Positions 51,163 through 61,720 of a DNA stretch of 64,000 nucleotides are shown one piece after another (within the stretch, counting starts at the first letter, position 1; each line of letters begins with the position of its first letter). Under the pieces are notes generated by a model. It saw only the letters and a program-made list of their open reading frames with translations. It did no database searches and had not been told where the DNA came from. The stretch spans positions 5,118,267 to 5,182,266 of the forward strand of contig NW_002060947.1 in the NCBI RefSeq assembly GCF_000150275.1. The letters run 5' to 3'. The DNA comes from Trichoplax adhaerens (Eukaryota; Animalia; Placozoa). Both the position numbers and the translations under genes were made by a program.

Positions 51163-53364
51163 TACCACTTTTTTCGTAGCCAAAATAGTCGATGAAAGGC
51201 TGCAATAGTGCAGAGAATCCAATACTTTTGTTTACGTCGCACTATAAGCAATACACAGTACATAGAAAATCATCATAAGGAAGTAAATAAGAATAAAAAT
51301 TTCATAATTAAGAATACAGTACTCTACTTGGCAGTGCACCATAGTAACTTGCGAAGCACAATATGAATACGAATTCCCATCAGCCTTTACAGATTACTGA
51401 AGGTCTGGGATTAAATAACGATTAGCTACTTTTAATCCTAATCATGTAAATCATATAAATCCTGACTTTATGACTCTAATCATGGACTACTAGATGTACC
51501 TAGATAGAGAAAATGTAAAAGTATATACCCTAATCATGAGCGTCACTGGGCAGTTATTGAATTGATTGTGAGCGATTGTAAGCAACTGCATCGTTATTAG
51601 AGAGGATGAATTAAGTATCGTAGAGGATTTCAAAATGCACTATCGCATGTAAGGCAAACTAATACTTTGATCAATTGCTTATTTTCATACACTAACAACA
51701 CCGATTTTGTGTACTAGTCTGTGTTGGTAACGACATTACGCTTAGCAATTGTTAACATTTTTTGCAAGGCAATAATTATTTCTGTACTACAAATTAATTG
51801 CAAATAAAACACAGCAATGTTATAGAACTATGACCCTATTCAATGCAGGCAATCCCATTTCATGAACGACCTAGGGTTTTGTTCTTAATCTTAGCTATGG
51901 TATCACAGAGTGGAAACTTACAGTTTCGAAACCAATTTCTAATAAAGCCTTATCTCGCTGGGATCAAAACTGTTAACATGGAGATAGAGTCAGAAATTGT
52001 ACTGCAATATTATTTAGATATTCGTGGCATTTTTGAAATCAACAATAATGATAGATTAGTTCATGGTTTGCCTAATTTTTGCTATCCTTATACAATAGAG
52101 ATGTAATCAATGTAGTAGCATGGATTTGAGGATTTAGATAGCTACAGGAGTTGCATTTCAAGCGTTTGATCGAATTTATCAAAACTATTTGTTATGGATA
52201 AATCGATCGGATATATGATCTCAAGAGCCGTAAACCGTAGTGTGGAGTCAAGTAGCCAACGCCATCTTAAGAAATCAGTATATATCATTTAGCTACAAAC
52301 AAGCCAAAGGCTTACCTGAGTTATGTTGCTATGATAGAGATGAAATCGAGTCGATTAGCGCTGCAATTCCCCGTTATATGAGCAGTGTTTTACAACTTGC
52401 CTTCAATCACTCTCGGACGTTAAGGCTTCGTTACTATAGCAGTACTAACATTAACTTCTCTAGTCAATCACCAGAACTGTACTGACTGACTGCTACTAAA
52501 ACAGTATTTAGTAACGTCCTTGGTACTTTACTATCTGCAAGTTGGGTAACCCATGGAAGTACGGATGGACTGCAAGCTAGCACTACGTACTGTGATGTAT
52601 TAGGCGAATGATGACGAAATAGCTCATCATTCGGATTGAATGATCACGCTCGCTACCTTGCGTCCTTTCTGCTATTCTCCCAGAAATAAGTAATTGAGAT
52701 GTTGCAGCTACGATTACAACACAAACGACTAAAGAATACTATAAAATGGATCACCAATAGATTTCTCAATCGCCCTACTGATTGAGCTAGGCACTAAAGT
52801 AGCTAGCTAACTATATGTCCCTGAGCGCTTGTAAACAAGTTAAAACAACAGATAACTAGGTACTAGATCGTCTCTCAGACTATTTTATCAAGTCTCATCC
52901 AAAAATAGTCAATAGCTCACTCGTTATATTTCATGTATGGCAATGCATGAAGTCTAGGTCGCAAAGTTGAACGGTTTCATGGAGTGATTTATACGTAATG
53001 TACATTGTACCATTTACCGGCCGTAAAATCTAAACCGCACTGATAAAGGATTAATTATAACAAACATGGATGAACCAATTTTACCGATCTTGCATCTTAG
53101 CTATTTCCGCTACTGCATCAATTTCGATTTATCGACGAGACATAAAAATTGTTTAAAAATTGTATTGAATTATGTTGCGTGCACCGATAAGGTTTTTACG
53201 ATGATATTTACTGTAAATCAAAATTTCGAAATAGTTGAGGCAAAGTAATAATTGCTTATACAAAACGGCTTATTTTAGATGATCTTGACTAAATTTTTCA
53301 AGCTTTATTTTGAAAGATTGATAAAAATGTAGTACATGGATTGTACTAGTATTCTGCTAAATAT

Positions 53365-53607
53365 TCTCACTAGATGACATCAATTATTCCATAGTTTCCT
53401 CCATAATTGCTATTGAGTCGATAGCATCTCTCGCTACAATCTTGACAACATGAACTATGGGCAGTAAAGGAATCTAAATAGAATTTAATTTAAACATTCC
53501 TCCCCTTGTACGATATTTGCTGTACTCTGAAGGCACGGAATAGCTCCTTCTGAATTTAAATTACATAGATTTAAAGCAACTGTAATTGTCGCTTAGGTGT
53601 TGTGACA
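53365..53607 (+). mobile_element. Possible small degenerate solo LTR just downstream of RTN4IP1 copy B
   Basis: 3' end TTGTCGC-N9-GTGACA hairpin like the other elements; 5' end TCTCAC (possibly mutated TGTCAC); flanks AAATA(T)/AAATA are offset by 1 nt. Confidence 0.35.
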
Positions 53608-53768
53608 AAATAAGTAAACAGCTTCATAATTAGCTATAATAAAGAAAATTGCAGCACCTATGTATTTGAAAGCATTTCCTAAAGAATTTTAAGCTGTTTA
53701 GTAATTGCCAAACCAATTCGTAATGATTATCAACTATTTCTTTGAGTTCTTTTATTCCAAGTAGTGAA

Positions 53769-56130
53769 TCAATCAGCATTCGATAAAGTAATGACTGTTT
53801 TACCACGAGCGTGACCGGTCTCAAATACTTCATATGCCTTTATTATATCCTCAAAGGAAAATTTTCGTTCTATTACTGGCTTTATCTGAAAAATTTTAGG
53901 ATTTAAATATTCAAATAATAGTAGCATCGTTAATGTGAAATTTTAACAATGTTATAAAGCCGAAGCAAACCTTTCCATCTTTATATAATACCGCAAGTTT
54001 ATCTAATGCAGCCCCATTGCCTACAGGATAAAACCAATTATAGCTACTGCCATATTTCCAGCTCTAATGGATAATTATTTAAATAGAAATAATTAGAAAT
54101 ACTCCTTGAGAATTGAACTTGTTACATGATTACCTAAAGATAAATTATTCCTAACACTTACTTGTCGTAAAGATTTACGAAGTAGGATGCCGCTCCCTCG
54201 AATTGCACCCTTAAGTACGCCTAAGTCTTCCATTAATTGAATTAGTGGATTATGAAGGGTTACATAATATCCCCGCTTAGCTACTAAATGCACAGCTTTA
54301 TCCTCGCTTTCTCCAACTAAGTCCAGTATGGCATTATATCTAGGAATGAAAAGTGAGATTAAAAATTTAATCACTGCTATGTCATTTTTATACATTAAGA
54401 TAGAGCCATTAGGTTCTGAAACATACTTTCCCTCATTTTCGATATCAGTCCAGGCATTTGCTGATCTGTAATCAATGGTAATGTCCGCTCCTAAAGACTT
54501 CATGAAAGCCATGGCATCTGAACTGCATGTGGTAACTACTGATCCTCCCCAAGCCTTGACCATCTATGAAAATACATATTATCATTGGATAGCATTAGCA
54601 TTCTAGGTAGACTCTAGTACATTAGCAAAAACAGAATTGTAATTAAAGGCCCTAAAGAATAGCTAGTGCTATCAAACCACTCTTTAAAGTTCTTTATTAA
54701 ATACTATACGCCTACAAGGAAGGCATACATTTGATTATAATTACCAGTGCTACTTTTACGTACAAAATGCAGCGTTAGAAATAAATATCCATACAAACTA
54801 TATCAGTCTCTGCAAACTAGTTTGCATAAAATCTAGCAGAAGCGATAATACGTATACTTAAATTGAACGCATTGTAGTGGCAAACTAAGAAATGTATAAT
54901 AATCAACGCCAGTTTACTCCAACCTGAACAGCAATCGTACCAATACCTCCTGATCCTCCAAGGATCAAAACCCTGCAATACAGCATTTTTTAACAAAATT
55001 AGATCGCGAAAAGAATAAATTGAGACAGCCTATACAAGAAGAAATGTTGAGGAAATTGACCTTTATTGATACTCACTTTTTGCGCGATGATTTCGTAGGT
55101 GAAATTTTTGCACGCCCTACTAATCCAGCCCAGGCAGCACTTCCAGCAAAGGGTATTGATGCAGCTTCGACATGAGAAAGAAAATCCGGTTTGATAGCAA
55201 CCTAGAAATGATCACATTATTCGATGAGTCAGCTAAAGACTTTCATTACATTACATTATTAGAAGGCAGGGTATTACGATTGGCAATAAATTGCTGTTAG
55301 AGGGCTCATGCAGTATAAATAAATACGAGCATATGATGCTCTGTGACTCAATCGCGCAAAATAGAGTTACAATTCAAGGATTATTACCGAATTTTGGGTA
55401 GCTACTGTATAAGCTGCATGCGCTCCAGTGCCAAAAGGTAAGCAAGTACCCCAAACCTATTCCAAATCATACAACATGCACCTTAATTTCGAAAATAGTA
55501 GCAACCTATCCTTCTCGACGTCTGACCATCTAATTACATAGGTCTAAATTATACTGCATATGAATAATGGTGTACTTGTATAATAAAATTGCAATCATTA
55601 CATTACAAACGTAAAAACAATGAGTGAAAGAATTCTACGTTAAGAGGTAATGATGGAACTAGCTAAACATTTGGAAATTAGCTCAGATAAAAGAAATAAA
55701 TACATTGTAGCTACTGTCAAGGTAATTGGTTATAATCTCATTACTATCTAAATATTAGAAATGCTAGTAACTGTTGGCTGATTTCATACAAATACTTCCC
55801 ATTTTAAGTCCTTTGTAACATTACCTTATCACCAACTTGAAGCCTTCTGACACTAGAACCGATTTCAACAACTTGACCAGAAAAATCTCGACCCAAAGTC
55901 AGAGGAAATGTTCCTTCTTTGTGGGTCATTCTTTGTATAAATTTAGCGGAATAGCCATTTCGAATTTGAATATCCATCGGATTAAGGGACGTTGCCAACA
56001 CCTTCACTATCAACTGATCAGGTCTCTTAATCACAGGAATTGTTGCATTTTTATTGAGTTGCAAAACCTGATTTGATCCGAATTTCGGTATCTGCAACGC
56101 TGACATATGAGCTGGTAGCCTGGCAGCCAT
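53769..56130 (-). CDS. RTN4IP1: RTN4IP1-like quinone oxidoreductase, copy B (tandem paralog); 8 coding exons
   Basis: Exons 56130-55825, 55456-55388, 55201-55077, 54972-54924, 54563-54427, 54339-54162, 54063-53971, 53885-53769. All introns are GT-AG, with the same positions and phases as copy A. Motifs: SLNPMDIQIRNGY, FPLTLGRDFSGQVV, VLILGGSGGIGTIAVQ, AWGGSVVTTCS, GHARGKTVI; stop TGA at 53771-53769. Confidence 0.88.
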
Positions 56131-56892
56131 TTCCAAATTGTATCATCTACAGCTGAACCTTTCAATTTATACGGTTATTTCACTCCAGTTTAAGATCACT
56201 ACCAATTGGCAAACACTCTATACAATTCCAAATGTTAATGAATAGCATATAATTCAATACAACCACAACGGATTCCTGTAAATTTACCAATGAATGGAAG
56301 TAAGTTTACTACGTAATTTAAACTGCAAGATTGTCATTGCATGCCATGCAATGATCTAAATCAGCTAAGCCTTGCAAAATTTGAACGTTTATATGCTGTA
56401 ACTCGGTATGGTTTCGTGATACAGTATCAAGGATACTGTCTGGTGTAGACGTCCGATAGCGGTACTGTTCCTACTTAAAAGGGATTGTGGCGAAAAGGCT
56501 TGATGTGATGTGGTACTGTACCGGGTACACATTGTATGTCTATACCGTTCTCTCCATATCAATTACTAGAAGAAGACTGTAATACTAGGTAGACCATGGG
56601 ACAGTACACTCAGTACCTCAAACTGCTACATAGACTAATGCCAGCCATAATTTTGGATAGCATTTGAAGCATTTTGCAAAATGATGGATTTAGCAAATTG
56701 CTGGTAACTTATTACTATCACCATAATTAAAATAAACAGATCTGTCATATAGTAAAACAGTCTATCATTTGGAATGAAGACAGAACTGTTTAAATCATCG
56801 TTTTGGCAAAACCAGAAAAGCTGAAGTAAAGATCCGCTATTGAAATCTTCATGAATTAATCGATGTGATGATGTATCTGTCATGGTACAAAC

Positions 56893-57250
56893 TGTAACAT
56901 TATGATCTTATATAGAAGATGGCTAGTATAGTAATATCCTAATATACGAATACTTATCATATACCGTTTAAGTACTGTATTGTATTACATTCATAATGTA
57001 CGACATCATGACTACATATAGACGACATGCTATACATATAAAGACATTATCTCAATCCCATCTAAAACCTATAAATACCCTTGTACGCTAACTCGTTAGT
57101 CAGTTCCTACATTTCTGCTATCTCAAATACCTTATCTATAACAACCATATCATTGTTAGCCTGTAACTTGTATCTCAATAAAATCCTTTATACCTTCTAT
57201 CATCGTCTACCTTAAAATACTTTACGCTACTTAAAGAAGATATCATTACA
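56893..57250 (+). mobile_element. Nested solo-LTR-like element, 358 bp
   Basis: TGTAAC...ATTACA; perfect TSD CAAAC (56888-56892 and 57251-57255); internal CTATAAATA and AATAAA. Removing it restores the family B terminus. Confidence 0.75.
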
Positions 57251-57753
57251 CAAACCACCGTGAAGAGTAAATGACTAAATTTAGTGGTTAATATTTATAT
57301 ATGGAGATAACTAATAATGACTTACTGTAAGAACTACGGTAATTAGTATTTTGTTACCGTAAATTATGCTCAACTGTAGTAAGAGTTCTCATAAGGTAAC
57401 TAATGTTACTTGATTATAGCGTTACGTCTTGTAACGCTTGTGAAGAATATCCTTAAGATATTCAGTTATAGAGGATACTATAAATAATTCTGTGTATGGA
57501 CATACTGTAATCTAATTATCTAAAATCGTTCAGTACATGTCTAAGATTATGAATAATTTCTGTATTAATTTAGCTATCCAATATGAACTAAATTTCATGA
57601 ACTGTTCCGACTCATACTGTACAACGAGTGAACATCATAGCAGCTGCCGAAGGGTATTTAACTTCGGCAGACAGTTGAATAAAGCAGAGTTCTATAGCTG
57701 TTTAACGAAGAAGCAAAGGCGTCTAAATTCTTGTGAGATAGGTAAGGGATACT

Positions 57754-58122
57754 TGTTACTCTTGGTCTTTTATCGTAATAATAAATTGATAATTCAGTAG
57801 AGCTTGAGTACCGAATAATCACGAATCCAATAGAGCTCAAGTACGGAACTAACATTATTATTATGTAGTACGAGTCGTTATATAACATATATATATGAGA
57901 CAATTACCATTAAGGTACAGTTATGAGCATACTATGAATATTACTGTCAATCTTCATCTTGTTTACAATAAGAGAACAACTTATTTTTCCTAGATATGCT
58001 ATCTAGGTCCTAATCAGCATCCTTACAGAATAACTGCAGAAACATACTGTTAATAAAGAAGCATATTCAGTATGACATCTCTTAGCGATACTATCACTAC
58101 AACAACTTCAGTACTTGTAACA
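57754..58122 (+). mobile_element. Nested solo-LTR-like element, 369 bp
   Basis: Perfect TGTTAC...GTAACA termini; perfect TSD ATACT (57749-57753 and 58123-58127); absent from the homologous site of family B copy 1. Confidence 0.85.
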
Positions 58123-60361
58123 ATACTGAATCGCGGAAACTACGGTAATTTAGAGAATTGTTGTATGTTAACTTTGTCAAGAAGCTGGTTTGTGACAATA
58201 TCGTCTTAAAAATGTAACACAAACGACACTTGTATTGAGATTTTGATTTACGTTATCTTTGTCAATATAAAAGAAGAAGATTGATGTTTTCTGAATAGTT
58301 TATTTGATACAAAAAAAGCAGTTGATCAAAATGTACTGAAAATTTTAATTCTCACACTTACAATCATAAATATTTAATACCAATAAGGTTTATTATGCAT
58401 AAGTATGAATACACTCGTATTCCTGTAATAATTCGTACCTCTAATACGCTATTTTCGGATTTTGATGCTACTACGTTTTCATGTAAGTTAACTTTTCGGT
58501 AACTATCCCCTTACAAATATATTTTAAATCCATAAATTGAAAAGATGATTATTGTATGACATTATACCTTTATTAATGGTGATAGCAAACAATTGACTTA
58601 TCGATGAAAGCCAATCAATTATACATTTATTTAGGCTATGACTACAATATGAGTGCGCAGTCTATATCCGTCCAAGTGTTGATGTTACGTAAGGTACCTA
58701 TCGTATTTATTTTTTCTTTATGTTCTATAACGGTCGAACCATTCTTTCAATGTAGACTTAAAGCATTTGGTATTTTGCCCTTTTGAAGTAAAAAGATAGA
58801 AAAAGGGGTTGTTAAGTTTTAGAAACTCTTCCACTTTGTAACAAGGAAGATTCGCTAGAAATTTCCAGACGAGTCGAGTAGAGCTAGGGTATTGAACTAA
58901 ACTTTACTGTCTTACTATACCGTTAAACAGTCGAACAAAGTTAAAGGTTTACTAACGGCATATTGAAAATACCAACGAATGCGATAACGTTCTTATAAAT
59001 AAGATAGCTGCCGATAACTAATTAATAGCAAATGATAATATATCAGAAACGTATTCTGTCAACTATTTTATCTATAACCTCTTCTAAGACCTTACACTCA
59101 GCAAATTTTATGCCTAAGTGATTGTGCTACTATAGTCAAACAGAATAAGTCAAAGTTGTAGTAAGCTTATACTACAAAAAGTGTATCAGCATAACTAATG
59201 AAATTCTCATTTCGTAACTGGGGCAAATGAAATGTAATAGATATAGCAGTCTAATATTTTGAAATTTGAGTACAATCAAACTTCCTGATAAAAAGCTAGT
59301 TTCATTTTTGATTCTAAACTGTAATTTCAGAGAAGGTAAACAATAACTACTTTTCTTCAAATCATACACAAAAACTGATGGTTCATTGAAGCCAATTAAT
59401 AATAACAATATACATTATTCCAATTAAAAATAGTAATAGGCTGTGGTACCTAATTCAAGTTAATAGCTTTAATATGCAAGCAATATTATTATCTGATTAC
59501 TAGTATAAATGCTTCATATATACGATAATTATTTTGCTGCTTTATATCGTGCTACTGCAACATTAATTTAGAAATTTATCACTTATACGAGCATATCTCA
59601 ATATGAAATCATTATCAACTCTACTTATTTTATACTATTATTATTGTCAGGCTATTACAATGCTTCAGAATTTTTGATCTTATTTTTTATTATAGATTTC
59701 GCAACAAATTTATCTATCACACTCTTAAACAATAACTTTATGCTTGCACTTTAACTTTATAACGAAGTTATTTCGGTCTATTTTATATTCATTAATCGTA
59801 ATACTACCTTATTAAAGGCAACATTTACTTATTGCATTCCGAAATATTCGTTGCAATTAATGAATTTCCTATTATATGATAGCTAACTTTCACTTGACAA
59901 TAGACTTTAAAGATCCAATTATTAAGCCATTATAGGTTAATGATCCTACAGTATATACGATGCATTAAGTAAAGTAGGAAATAAAGTGGCTTATTTAGTC
60001 TAATTTATAGACTTTCAAATTGTCTATCCCTGAATGAGCGGCTTTCCTTGAAGGTATGTGTGCATATTCACATAGATCGTAATTTTGTTTGCTACTGCGC
60101 GTAATACTCACATATCAAAAAATTCGATACAAATTTTGTTAGATACTTTGATCTTAGTACTACTACTAAATTTTTGTAGTTTTATTCTGTAATTCACTAA
60201 CTTCACACAATTCTGAGTTTACTGAATAGATTATCTTGCTAATAATAATTACCCTTCTTTAAAATTCTTAGCTTATAATAGCTTAATTGAAATATTTAAC
60301 CTTTCGTTAAGTTTCCAATGATATTAAACTATTAATTTGGGTAAAGAATAGTAGATGCATA

Positions 60362-60526
60362 TGTCACACACCACTAGTGACAAAGTAGTCTACACACGCC
60401 AATCCTTGCGGAGAACGCCACTTACTAACTTAAGAGGCGAGATTAGCTTTATCACCAAATAATTCAGTTCCAACGACCGAATACTATAGTATAATTATAG
60501 CGTCACAGATATTACGCATCGTAACA
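60362..60526 (-). mobile_element. Miniature solo-LTR-like element, 165 bp
   Basis: TGTCACA...CGTAACA on +; perfect TSD GCATA (60357-60361 and 60527-60531); terminal hairpin TGTCAC-N9-GTGACA. Confidence 0.75.
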
Positions 60527-61720
60527 GCATATAATTTAATTTTATGGTTCCTTTCTTATCGTAATTTATTCATTTTTTCAAAAATAATACAAACGCTGTA
60601 TAGAATTACGTTAAGGTATAAAATTGAATGATTAATAGTTATCAAGCAAGACTTAAGTGATATAATAGCACTCGCATTCTGTATTTAAAATTAATACTGC
60701 TATTACTATCACAAAAGCTACAATTATGGTACCCTAAAAACTTTAAACTTACATTTGAGTGTAAGTTGGCTAAGCAATGCTTAATCCTAATATCTTGATA
60801 ACAATTTAGTTAGTAACATCAATTGGCCATAAAATAAGCTTAATTATTTATTTTTGACTGAAATCTTCAAGATGTATTAATACATTTGTTTAAGGACACC
60901 ATATTAGATTACCAATGAGGATGCAGATATGATTAAATTGACTGTTACTTTATATTTAAAATGTACTGATAACAATTAACTAAGACATGTTGCTAAAATT
61001 ATCATTCATCGTAAAATAAGATTTAGATTAGTATGGATACTACTCGCATCACAATTTAAGTAATAAAACCATAAAAGGGTAGCAATAGTACATAAAAGAT
61101 CAATCATTTTCTAGATCAGTTAATAAATAGATCTGGAGTTTAACCAATGAATAATTTATTGTTTAGAGTGTGATAAATTTAGCTATTACAACATATACAC
61201 GGCCTGATAAATATCAATGATGTAATAAAATTAATCACCAAAGAGGGCTAAGATTTCCTATGAGTATTTTTAATATCGAAAGAATTAAGCGTGATTATCT
61301 GTTATTACTGAATTCATAATGTTTCTTACTTTTAGTCTACGTTAATTCTAAATAATTAATGTGTTATTTCAATTTATATCGCCAAACTCATTACATTAAA
61401 TTGTTACTAGCTCAAGTGTAAGGTTAAATGTTGATGAAATTAATGAACTTCAATTTTCTTTTATTACCTTTTAAGAACTATATAATGTAACGATATACCG
61501 TTTCAAGTGATGTTAACCTTTAATATCGATTTTGTTAGCTAATACAGCAGTATTACGTTTACTGGTCAATGCAATTACTGTATATCTTTTCTAAGTATGT
61601 TATCAATGAAAATGATCGTAGGGTATAATATAGGTGGTTAATAAGATCTTATTGCATAATTATGATAGTGATATAAATAATATCCACTAAAACAGGTTTC
61701 ATTACTAAGAAAATTAAATC

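Larger units (their letters stand above)
56878..58197 (+). mobile_element. Solo-LTR-like element, family B copy 2, interrupted by two nested insertions
   Basis: TGTCATGG...GCTGGTTTGTGACA; flanks GTATC/ATATC (4/5). Segments 57251-57753 and 58123-58197 align in reverse complement with 4437-5002. Confidence 0.8.
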
